Assembly (NCBI GenBank): GCA_001179505.1
Contig: CDMY01000077.1
Coordinates: 62,001-126,000, forward strand
From: Vitrella brassicaformis CCMP3155
Lineage: Eukaryota; Protista; Chromerida
Reading direction: 5' to 3'
DNA length: 64,000 nt
In this document: one piece after another, positions 1 to 11,008 of the stretch
Numbering within the stretch: position 1 is the stretch's first letter
Layout of the letters: each line of letters opens with the position of its first letter
Program-made: the position numbers and the translations under genes
Notes under the pieces: model-generated
Told to the model about the DNA's origin: nothing
Database searches by the model: none
Seen by the model: only the letters and a program-made list of their open reading frames with translations

Positions 1-440
1 GTTGACGCCGGCAGGCTGAAGCCAGAAAGACAGAAACCCGCAGTCAGACAGTCAGACAGGCTGAAGACAGACTCATCGATGAGTTCATACGGGCGGAGGC
101 CACAGCTGACAGAAGCCCGGGTCACCCTCACTCAGATCCCTGCGCAATCCGACACAATCAGACAGACAGACGAGCAGCAGTGACTTGTCACTGTGCAAAT
201 GTGCCCAGTGTACTGCAGTGGTCTCTTCCCACCAGTAGAAGGTTGTCAGGCCTTCGACAGGTCTGTCAAGCAGGAAGAAAAAACATAAGTACTGACACGG
301 GGGACCCTGGATAAACATTCTGACCTTCCGTAATTTCGCAGCACTTTCTGGCTGCTGGTTTGCGCCATGGCTGAGCGAAGGGCGGCGCAGCAGCACAGGA
401 TGAGAAGGGGAAAAGCAGCAGCTCTCCGCCTTGCAGCCAT
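1..440 (-). CDS. 5' exons of a putative secreted protein running off the left edge (partial)
   Basis: The ATG at 440 gives MAARRRAAAFPLLILCCCAALRSAMAQ, which looks like a signal peptide. GT-AG joins continue into RPVEGLTTFYWWEETTAVHWAHLHSDK and DLSEGDPGFCQLWPPP. No family recognised. Confidence 0.5.
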
Positions 441-707
441 GACGGCCACTGCCCATGGAACAACGGGGGAGGGAGACGAGTCCGAGGGCCTGAATCACAG
501 AGGGGCGCATGAAAGGGTGCAGGCATCATGGTGCCTTCTTGCTTACGTGCTTGCTTGGCCTCGTCGAGCGTCTCCCTCCTGGCCGTTGGAGCCAAAATAA
601 AAGGACAGTATATGCGAGGTGACGGACACCAGAAGAAAGGCTCCAGGGGCAGCCTGCAGCGGGACAGGGGAACACGCTCTGCAGTCACCCTTGTACCTTT
701 CCGCCCA

Positions 708-2129
708 ATGCAGCGGCTCTCTTTCCTTTTCTTGGCTTGTGTGGCCGCGAGGGCGGCAGGTGGCCGGTTCGGCTGCTACCAGTATGTGCACCCCCGCCCC
801 GGCTCCGACATGGTGTCTGCCGTGACGACCATCGCCGTTCGGCAGGGCCATCGGCTGCTGCCTGAGACCATCGAGAACAAGCTGTGGATCAAGGGTGAGC
901 AGACGGGCGAACTGTCCGGGTGGCACCACATCGCCAACGACGGCAAGACGCTCATCGTCAACATCCCCCAGCCCTTCGCCCCTGGCGAGAGGGTATTCCT
1001 CAAAATCATCCCCGGCATTGCCACCCTTGACGGCTCCGTGTGCGAGGAAGCGCTCGAGTACAATTTCAAGGTCTCTTGGAAGCCCGTCAGGGAGTACCGG
1101 TCAGCCTGGGCCCTCGGCAGCGCCACAGACCCCACTCTCTTTAACCCCTGGACCGTCCCGCAGGCACGTGAGTCCGTCCAGCCGTCTGATCCCAAGTTCC
1201 ACAACGGAGGCGGCAAAGCTGGTCCGCCCGCAGCCCCCGGTATCGGCGGCCGACAGCTAGAGGCCAACGCGACAGCCGAGATGAGTCCTGAGGAGAGGAG
1301 GCGGATGCAGCAGAAGGCCGCGAAGGAGTCGTGGGAGAGGTTTGTTGATGCGGTCAATCGGCATGGGATGCCTCCGGGAGACAGGGCGGCTTATGAGAAG
1401 CACAGAGAAGTCATGAAGACGGCCTTCAAGCAGTATGTGAGGCCAAAGGCGGCGCAGCGGGGGAAGGGGAAAGGCCACACAATCAAGGCCAGCGCTCAGG
1501 AGGCGAATACCGGCGACGGCGATGGGCAGGAGGGTGAGGAGGTCAACCTGAGGGCCTCCTCTATGTGGACGGCTCCGTACAAGGACTGGAAGACCATCCC
1601 GGGCGACCTGCCGCTCATCGACGTCAAGCACGGTCCGGCCCAAGGGCTGAGCAAGGGCTTCATATTCTCGTCCAACATGCGGTACCCCGAGGACCAATGG
1701 GGCGCCTACTTGATCATATCGGACGACGTGGGGCAGCCGGTGTGGTTCAAGCGCGTGTGGGACGACGGGTACATCTGGTCGCTCATCGACCTCAAGGTGC
1801 AGCGCAACGGCAACTTCACCTACCACGACACCAACGCCAGCACCTACGTCGAGATGGGGCACGACTACGAGATATGTAAACGGTACTTCCCCGGCCACGG
1901 ATACTTCGCCAACGCCCACGACTTCCAAGTCAACGAAAAGGGCCACTCCCTCATGATTGTGTACCAGACGGAGGGCATGGACGTCAAGGCCATGGGCATC
2001 CCTGAGGGGCAGGAGGACGCCCAGGTCATCGGCGGCATCATCCAGGAGATCGATACCTCCGGCAATGTGGTGAGATGACGCCACGCCCACACACGCACTC
2101 AGGGCACAGAGCGACCGACCCTTCTCCCC

Positions 2130-2163
<34 letters not shown>

Positions 2164-3201
2164 ATTCGGCAGATATTTGAGTGGCGGATGTGGGACCATC
2201 TGCCCGAGGCCATGCACAAGACCGTGGGCCTCGGGCAGAAGTCGTCAAAGGTTGCTGACCCCATCCACATCAATGCCATCGACTGGACAACAGACGGCCA
2301 CATCACCGCATCGCTCAGGCACTTCGACCAAGTCATCAAGGTAGGTGACCCACTCACTCACTCACTCACTCACCACGACCATCGCCGCTGGACCGCACAG
2401 CATGTCTCCCCCCCTCTCCCTGTGTGTGTGTATCCGATCCATCAGATCAACCGCCTCACGGGCGACATCATTTGGCGGCTGGGCGGCCCCGGCAACGAGT
2501 TCACGTGGGTGGATGAGGACCGCCCCTTCTCGCACCAGCACGACGTCCGTCTGCACGAGGACAGCCACCTCACCGTCTACTCCAACGACAACCTGCACGA
2601 CTGGCCCCCTCCCCGCTACTCTCGCGCCGTCGAGTACTGGCTTGATGAGCCCGACCGGCTCATCAAGAAGGTCCGCGAGTACCGCTCGCCCGAGAACTAC
2701 TACGGCATGGCGACGGGCAGCATGCAGCGGTTCACCAACGGCAATCTCGGCATCTGCTGGGGCGGCGTCGGACGGCCCGAGAAGCTGCCCTTCTACACTG
2801 AGGTCAGCCCGACGGGCGAGAGGCTGCTGGAGCTGGAGTTCACGGCGCAGGAGAACAGCTACCGCGCGCTGCGGTACGACTGGTGGGGGATACCCAAGGC
2901 CGACCCGTGGCTGATATTGGACCGCGAGAGCAACCCGCCGCAGCTGCACATGAGCTGGAACGGCGCGACGGTGGTGGCCAAGTGGAAGATATGGCACGGC
3001 CACTTTCGCGAGGCCAACCAGTTCGCGGACGTGATAGTCAAGAGGAGCTTCGAGGAGATCTACCCGCTGCACAAGGGGGTTGCGCAAGAGAGGTGCCACT
3101 ACTTCCAGGTGGAGGCCATGAGCTGGGGCGGCAAGCCACTCAGGAGGTCCAATCCCGTCTTCTCGGGATGGGGCAACGAGTCGGACTGCCCGGAGAAATA
3201 G
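708..3201 (+). CDS. Arylsulfotransferase (ASST)-like beta-propeller protein with signal peptide and N-terminal Ig-like region; 3 exons (708-2069, 2173-2340, 2446-3201)
   Basis: Both introns are GT-AG and keep the frame (GNV|IFEW, QVIK|INRL). ASST-family motifs are present: NAHDF, HINAID, FSHQHDVR, GSMQRFTNGN, SYRALR, LHMSWNGAT. The leader is MQRLSFLFLACVAARA. Confidence 0.85.
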
Positions 3202-4513
3202 GGAGATGGGGAGACAGGGAGACAGAGGCAGGGAAAGCGACTCAGGGAGGAAGGGGGGAGGTAGAGTTCCTTTTGACCTCGTGTGGATGCGTACACGCTC
3301 ATAATGAGGGTGTCTGTACTGCCTAGGGCTGATGCGCCTTGTCCGGCTCCTTGTCTGTCTGTCTGTCTGTCTGGCTGGCTGCCTGTCTGTGTCTTGTGCC
3401 TCAAACTTGGCGTATGTATGTATCCCTTCCTTGCCGCTAGTGAACTGACGGGCGGATGTACGTTTGTATTTGTATGCACGTATGTCTTTGCTGTAGAAGA
3501 GACGCATTGACAGGAGAGAGAGAGACACAGATGTTGGTCGATTGGTCGATTGGTCGATTGGTTGGTTGGTTGGTGTTTTTGGCAGTCAGCCAGGGTAGGT
3601 GTATCCGACCAACAAGTAAGTTCTTTTTGTTATAGCTAGCTACAATTACGTGCTCATTTATCCATCCATCTCTGCCTCCCTCCCTCCCTCCCTCCCTCTG
3701 TGGTGTGTACGTGTCCTGTCTGTCTATAGGTGCTGTGCTTAGCTGTCCGTACGCATCTACATCCATACATCCATTTGTCTTGTCCAGCGCTACCGTGTCT
3801 CTGTATTGCATTGTAGAGCGTACCGTAGCTTCGGTACCATTCGTGTGTGTACATCTATCGCATATATCGCGTGTACGTATTTGTGGACGGACGGACGAAC
3901 ACACACACATGCTGTGCAGTGCTCGTGCGGCGCGTGTTGGTTGGTGCGGGTTCAATGAAGGAATCGGTGATTGAATTCGCTTGCCTTCTGTGTGCCTGGG
4001 TGGGGGGCTTGGCGGGTGCAGCGATGGATGAGTGACTGGATGGATGGAACAGTGAAAGAATCGTGGGGGTGAGTGGTTGACTGACACAGCCAGTGCCTGG
4101 CCCGCCTAGCTGCATGAACGCTGCGGTGGTAGGACGTGCGTGCGTGCGTGAGTGAGTGAACTGACTCAATCCGTTTAGTAGGTATGGTATCCACACACAC
4201 ACAACACACTACACACGTATCAACGTCTTGACAATCGTCGAGCCTGTGTCGCTGAGCGACGTGGCTTTGGCTGTGTCACCTCCAGCCAAAGCCGCGCACA
4301 CCACAGCCACCCAGGCGCGAACAACCGCCACGCTGCATTGGGCTACAACCACGATCAACCACATCGGCATGATCCGATCCACCAATCAGACAGCCACACA
4401 GTGCATAAATGCCTCCCTCAATCACAAGACCAACACATACAATAAATGATGGTCACAAAGACAGACCATTTCTCTGCCAGCCTTCGTTGATCGATCAGCA
4501 CCTGCCTGCCTGC

Positions 4514-5679
4514 CTAGCACGCGACAGGCTCGTAGCTCCCCACCAGCATCTCGTCTTTGAGCTTAAGGGCCGTGTCGGCATCAAACAGGTTCTCCACACA
4601 CGCGAGGGCGAACTCCAGCGCGCTGCCGGGGCCCATTGATGTGATCACCTACACAAACAGGTGACTGGTGGCTTGCCATGTTGTGGTATTCTCCTTCCCA
4701 GCTCGCACGTTGTTTGAGATGACGACACGCGGCCCGTCCACTCTGTTGGTGATCTCGAGGGCAGCGTTGGGGTACCCGGTGGCCTTCTCGCCTTCAAGGA
4801 GACCGTGGCTCTCGAGCACCACGGACGGAGCCGCGCAAATGGCGCCGTACCTACATACACACACACACACACACACAAAGTGAGTGTGCTTCGGTTGATC
4901 TGTCGTGGTTGTGCGCACCATTGTTTGGCCTGTCGCTGCTTCTTGAGCATCTCAGTGAGCGTCGCACAGTCGCGAAGGTGGGTCGCGCCCGGCATGCCAC
5001 CTGACGAACAAGGCTAGTAAACTGATGGAGTGTGCTGCGCGGGCAAGGCCGTCGTTTGCGGTGGCTTACCAGGCAGGATGATCATGTCAAAATCCTCATC
5101 TGACCGACACACACACACGGCGCCGGGTGGCGTGCGTATCCTGTCTGTCTGCTGACGGACCTTTGACGTCATCTATGTTGGAGTCTGCCTGTATCTTGAC
5201 CCCTCGCGACGCCGTAATGACGCGGTCATCTCGACCCATCACAGAGCTGAAAGCCACCACATCAAAGCACCTCGGCAGAACGCAACGCATCCATCGACAG
5301 TCTCCCAAGGACATACCTGACAGTCACCTGCACAGATGCAAGGAAGCGCACCCACCCATGGTTGTCTGTCTGTGCAGGTGAGCATGCCACTCACCTTGGC
5401 GCCGGCACGGACGAGTGTGTCGATGATGCAGACGGCCTCAATCTCCTCACTCCCATCAGCCACTGGCACAAGCACCCTGACGCTCCTTGAGCCGCCCGTC
5501 CCCGCCATGAAGCAGACGCTGCGGCGTTGACGGTAGCTGGGCTGGGCCCTTCTCAAATACAGGCCGAGTGGGTGGAAGAAGGCGGCCTCTGAAGTGCCGG
5601 CGCGGAAGGATGGATGGGATGATGCAGTGCGGACGGCAGTGAGCAAGACGGGCAGAAAGCACGGGATCTTCACGTGCAT
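4514..5679 (-). CDS. DJ-1/PfpI (YajL/ThiJ-like) family protein with bipartite leader; includes an 11-nt micro-exon (5317-5327) and a 30-nt exon (5070-5099)
   Basis: The spliced product reads RVLVPVADGSEEIEAVCIIDTLVRAGAKV|TVS|SVMG..ASRGVKIQAD..|EDFDMIILPG|GMPGATHLRDC..YGAICAAPSVVL..ATGYP..VITSMGPGSALEF. The conserved Glu and the nucleophilic Cys are intact. Confidence 0.92.
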
Positions 5680-6011
5680 GTTCTGCAGACGTGATTTCTG
5701 CGAGCTCAAGAATTTCCTCATCGCTGCCAATTGGCGCCTCCATCCATCCATCCATCCATCCATCCATCGGATACATTGGACGGATGGATGGATGGAGCGG
5801 AAGACGATGTGTATCTACATTACAATAATCAATCAATGTACAGACAGTCACATCATGGCCACTCTCGGTCAGTCAGCCAGACATCCAAATGCACAGACAG
5901 AGAAAAAGGTGCAGACACTAAACCGCTCCTGTCTGTCCTGTCCTGTCATCGCTTCATTCAGCAGACCGCCACGCAGCACCTTGCAGGCGTGCCACACTAC
6001 ACGCCCACCGA

Positions 6012-6859
6012 TCATCTTCCCCGCTTCCTCTGCTGCCACGGCACCCTCCGGGCAATCTGATGCAGCACAGGCCGCCTCATTGGCCACTCCATCGCACTCC
6101 CGGCCTTGTCGCTCTCTCTGCTGTCCTTCTTGTTGTTGTTACTGTTGCTGTTGCGTTGCCCCTGCCCCTCTCCCTCCCTCGCCCTGTCGGTCTCCTGCTC
6201 GGTGGCCTCTGCGGGCAGGCCCGGCTCCCTCTCCCATGGGAAGGACACCCACATGGATTGCTCAAGCGACTTGACATACATGTCCACCCAGGGCTTCCCC
6301 AACGGCTTCGCGTAGACCGTTACAAAAGTGGCCTTGGGCAGCATCTTCCGGAGCGCACGGATGGTCTCCCCTGTGTCGGCCAAGTCGTCCACCACCAGCC
6401 ATCCAAGGCCGTCATGAAACACGCCTTTTAAGCACCTGGATGAATCATCACACAAACGTTTGACGGCAGGATGCGCACACAGAATGGATGGAAGAGCACA
6501 TGCGTCTTATTTTTCATCATCCCCTCCCCTCACCCACTGACTGACCTGAGCCTGTGTTGCTTCTTGTCGGTGCTGTAGCTGGACATGCACACCGTGTCCA
6601 CGAGCTTCACGTCCAGCTGCTGACTCAACACACCCGCCGGCAGCAGCCCTCCCCGGCTCACAGCCACAATCCCGCGGAACCGTTTGCCGGTGTCCTTCAG
6701 CCGTCTTGCCAGCGACACTGTGTCCCTATGGAACAGATCCCACGTCAGCGGCAGATCTCGAGAGATGGCAGGAGCCTGGAAGATGCTCATTAGCCTCAGC
6801 GGCAGCAGCAGCATCAGTTGCAAGAGCAGGATGAATGTGGGGCGAGGGAGTCTCGCCAT
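6012..6859 (-). CDS. gpt: Bacterial-type xanthine-guanine phosphoribosyltransferase with N-terminal hydrophobic leader; 2 exons (6546-6859, 6012-6435)
   Basis: LTWD..GIVAVSRGGLLPAGVLSQQLDVKLVDTVCMSSY..LVVDDLADTGET..PKATFVTVYAKPLGKPWVD..FPW follows E. coli Gpt motif for motif, as recalled. The intron is GT-AG and keeps the frame. Confidence 0.9.
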
Positions 6860-7200
6860 GGCGCCCGTTGAGATTCCTGTGGTTGTGGAACGCATTGCTG
6901 CCTCCTCCCCCCTCAGTTGCTGTCTCTGTCACTCACAGATGCCCTGAAACACCCCTGCTGAGAGGTGGAATGGAAATGCGCCGATCGAATGCAGCTTCTG
7001 GCGAGTGATATGGATCAGATGACTCAGAACACTCCCCAGAAGAAAATCATATCACTCGGCAGAGATCTCTTCACACTCCGAAGAAGAAAAGCTCGCACAT
7101 CTTCAAGCTCGCATGCTCTTCCGCCGCTGCAAAAAGGAGCTCTTTGCGGCTTCCGATCCCTCAGCCGATCTCAGCATCCACTCATCAAAGCTTCCAACGA

Positions 7201-8883
7201 ATGTCGCTTTGGGCTCCCTTTCTACGCGAAGGATGCCGGCTTCTCGGCTCAGCAGTGGGCATGGGGCACAGATCCGCCTGCCAGCCAGTCACCCACGCGG
7301 CCCTGCATCTGCAGAGTCGCTATTTTGCTGTGGAAGTCACTGCTGACATGGTGAGCACCAGACCGAAGGGAAGGCAGTACAGCAGTGCATTTCGCTGGGT
7401 TCTTCTTTGTCAGGTGAAGGAGCTGCGGAAGCGTACCGGAGCATCCGTTGGCAAATGCAGGGAGGCCCTCGCCGCAGAAGGTGCGCAGCACTCACATCGT
7501 TACATTGCAGGGGATGGCTAGAGGTCAATCAGGTGGCAACATCGATGAGGCCATGACGTGGCTGAAGAAAAAGGGCATCGCGTCCGCGTCAGCCAAGGGC
7601 TTCCGCGAGGCGAGCCAAGGCCTCGTCGCAATGGCCGTCGGTCAGTCTCACGGCGTGATAGTGGAGCTCAACTCGGAGACGGATTTCGTGGCCCGCGCCG
7701 CCGAGTTCCAGACCTTCTTGTCCACGCTGGCCAAGACGGCCGCCACACTGCCTCTCACCACTGGTGGCAAAGGTGTCGAGGAGCTTGAGAAGGCAGACTT
7801 GGTTGAGAGAGTGGACGACAGAATCGCAAAGACCAATGTGGGAGAGGCTTTGCTGGAGCTCTCGGCACTGCTCGGTCGGTGAGAACCAAGGAGAGATACC
7901 AGTCTGGGCGTTCAGGCAAGATTCGGGTTGAGGCAAGATCCTATGTCAGTCTGTCATTGTGTGCAGGAGAAAGGGTGGCGTTGCGGCGGATGGCGTGGCT
8001 GCCGCTGCCGCCTGACCCGGCCACTGGCGTTCTCGGAAGGTGACTGACGAGAGCCACACCTGACTGACATTCGGTAAACCGACGACACTCTGCGTCTGTG
8101 TGGTCGTTGACTGCAGTTATGTGCACAACGAGGTGCGGCCGACGGTGGGCTCCACGGCCTCGCTTGTCCGTCTTCGTCTTGACCCCCCGCTGCCCTCCCC
8201 CGATGACCAGCAGCTCCTCCAGCGTCTTGCACTCGCTCTCGCGATGCAGGTGTGTCATCGCCGGCCAGACAAAACGCATAAGAACTGATAGATCACACTG
8301 GCCGCCGGTGAATATGTCTGTCTGCAGGTGGTTGCGTCCCGCCCCCGGTACATCACGGAGCAGCAGGTGCCACCCGATGTGCTCGAGTCGGAGCGGCAGA
8401 TCCTCAAGGCCGCCATGGCTGCGAGCGGTGGGGGGCCGCAGGCTGAGAAGAAGGGCGTGATTGACAAAATGGTGGAGGGCAAGCTGAGGAAGCTGTTTGA
8501 GGAGGAGGTTTTGATGCACCAGGAGTTCGTCACGTACGAGAAGGCCCGGATGGACGCACACCCCAAGGCGACTGCTGCTCCCGGGGGAGGGAAGGAGGTG
8601 GGGAGGGAGGACATTGATCGATGGTGGGTGGTGATCTGCTCGATGCTTTTTGTTGTGTGTGTCTACCCTACTGCAGGGCGCTGCGGCTAAGCTGCCAACT
8701 GTAGGGCCAGCACTCAAAGCAATCGGTGAGCAACAGCCCGCTTCCTCAGTGTACGGACGGCCACTGACATGTATGTCTTGTTGTCGGTTTGCCCGTTCAG
8801 GCTCGCTGCTGGGGAGTCTTGTTGAGGTCGACGGCGTGACGCTGCTGGGTCTGGGGCTGCCGGAGCTCGCGGCGACATTATGA
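7201..8883 (+). CDS. tsf: Organellar (probably mitochondrial) translation elongation factor Ts, multi-exon
   Basis: The spliced product has VTADM|VKELRKRTGASVGKCREAL..|GNIDEAMTWLKKKG..ASQGLV..VELNSETDFVAR..YVHN..LAMQ|VVASRPRYI..DKMVEGKLRKLFEEEVLMHQEFV. The N-terminus is Arg/Ser/Leu-rich like a presequence and has no signal peptide. Confidence 0.92.
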
Positions 8884-9691
8884 CACTGGAGGCCTGGCTG
8901 CTGTCTGATGGGTGCTGTGGTTGACGCATCTGTGGTAGATTTAGCTACCTGGTGTGTTGATGTACATGGCCAGCTACTCTGCGTCCACATGAAGCTCCGC
9001 TCCGCACACCCATCCATTCCCATCACCAACGAATCAATCAATTAAGGCCGACTGCATGACATGAAAGTCTCCACATCGGAAGTCCCATGGCTGTGGGATG
9101 GGCAGGTATGCACACTCACACCTCTCTTACTCGACGGATGGATGGACCACTGAAAAATGACACCTCTCTCTCTCCCCATCCCCCACGCTTACCTCGTCAA
9201 TTCTATCGAGCAGCACTCTCTCGTGCTCCGTTCCCCTACCCCACCCACCCTCCCTCCCCCACTGCATGATAAGCGCTACACGTGCTTGCTACCTACCGTC
9301 TTGTCTTGCTCGCCTGACGTGACGGATCGATAGCTAGGGCCACAAAAAAGCGGCGGACCCCTCGCAAACGCCGGCCGACACGCTATCCACTCGTTGGTTG
9401 CCGCCCACGGCCCCGCCCCCTCTCTGCACTTGTCTGTCTCGGACTGCTATGGTACAACCAACATACACTACAGCGGAGAGAAGGGCTAGGCGGGTGGCTG
9501 GCGCGCAAACCGCCGCCCCTCCTTGATTTATTAGTCAGTCAAAACGACCCCCATTCCCCTCGCTATCTCTCCCATCCCCTCCCCACCAGTGAGTGTCGAG
9601 TGAGTGTCGAGTGAGTGTCGATTGGCCATGAATGACTAAATTACAGTGCCTCTAGCGGTCTACCGGGCGGTCGGGTGACATCGGAAGGGGG

Positions 9692-10782
9692 TCACTTCTT
9701 GCCACCCTTGTCGTCACCGACATCCTCCAAGGATTCGTCATCTGGGAACTCTGGCAAAGGGCTGCGTGGGCCGTCAGGCTCGAACTCCTCTTCAGGCTCG
9801 GCCGGCCTGTCAGCCGTCCCCATAGCTTGCTCGAGGGCCACCTTCTGCTGCAGCCGCTCGTTCCTGGTCGCCAGCCACAGCGACGTCAGGAGGCCCACCA
9901 GATGCGCCACGCTCGTGTTGGTGTTGGCCTGCACCACCAGGATGTCCAGCGGCTGAAGCGTGAGGCCGCCTGTGGGAGCCGAGAAGCGCACCACCCCGCC
10001 GGGCCCCCCACCGAAGACAAGCTGCGACATGCGGAGGATCTTTGAGAAGAGAACGCCCACGATCTGCTCGGCCGAGACCATGGAGAGCAGCAGCCCGATG
10101 AGGTTGATCCACACGCCGCTCCGCAGCCAGTGCTTGATGCTGACGACGGCCTTGGAGGGCGCCGTGCGGCGCAGGTCGAGCGAGAGTCGGGTGTAGCCGT
10201 AGGTCCATATGAGTGAGAGGATAGAGAAGAAGACGGCGACGCCGGCCAGGGCAGTGCCGTTGAGGATGGCCTGTGTGAGTGTCAGGTACTCGCTGATGGT
10301 GTTGGCGAAGATGAGAATGGACGCCGACACCACCGTGAGGGCCAGCTGAGGCCACCAACTCCACCACGCGACGTTCCACAAGGCGCGACGAACCACCTGA
10401 CACACACAAACGGAAACACAGGCACAGACACATGAGCCCTGCCGGCACCAGCGAGGGGCATCGGGGCATCTTTCTTGCTTTGTTGACCCACCTGCAGCTG
10501 CTGTACAGCGGTGCGTTCCTTTGGCGCCGCAGAGCTCCTGTCAGCCGGCGGCTCCTTGAGTGAATCGGAGCGCCTGAAGATCTTGCCCAAAGCCATTGAA
10601 GGAGCCTGGGCGTGCCGGGCTAGTGTCTGCTTTGTGGTCCTTGCAGGCAGCGCTGGGCGGCTCCTTGAGAGAGGGGCAACGAAGGAAGGCGCCGTTGGAC
10701 CCTGCCAAGCCCACGTCGGGATAAGCGACGACGCCAGCAGGCAGATGCATAGCGAAGCACACCTCGACGTCTTCATTGCCAT
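9692..10782 (-). CDS. DUF3611-family plastid membrane protein with bipartite leader; 2 exons (10492-10782, 9692-10396)
   Basis: WSWWPQLALTVVSASILIFA..INLIGLLLSMVSAEQIVGVLFSK..LQPLDILVVQANTNTSVAHLVGL matches the cyanobacterial/plant DUF3611 pattern. The leader is MAMKTSRCASLCICLLASSLIPTWAWQG..SFVAP. Confidence 0.8.
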
Positions 10783-11008
10783 GGTGATTCGCCTACGTTC
10801 TCCAACAGCAGCAGCTACGTTCTCCAATTGCTGCGAGCTGGACTGCAGATCTCCCCCGTGAAGCGCGTGTGGCGAGGGCAGCTGTGTGAGAGGAAGGGCA
10901 TCGACTTCTGATTCGGTCAGGTACGCATCGCATCCCGCATGCATCCGTTGTGTGTGTATGGGAGGTCAGACGAAGCCTGTTGTCCTGCTTGCAGACGTCA
11001 TCCTTCAC

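Noticed and set aside
1257-2357. Long antisense ORFs opposite real genes (also 2362-3528, 7941-9041, 42090-43217 and others)
   Set aside because: These are shadow ORFs expected from high GC and codon bias. They run through microsatellite introns and show no motifs.
9588-9620. 11-bp unit AGTGAGTGTCG repeated three times
   Set aside because: A short tandem repeat with no spacers, so not CRISPR-like; consistent with slippage.
9300-9660. Possible structured ncRNA between the convergent tsf and DUF3611 genes
   Set aside because: No tRNA, snRNA, snoRNA box or SRP motif could be recognised. An Rfam/Infernal scan would be needed.
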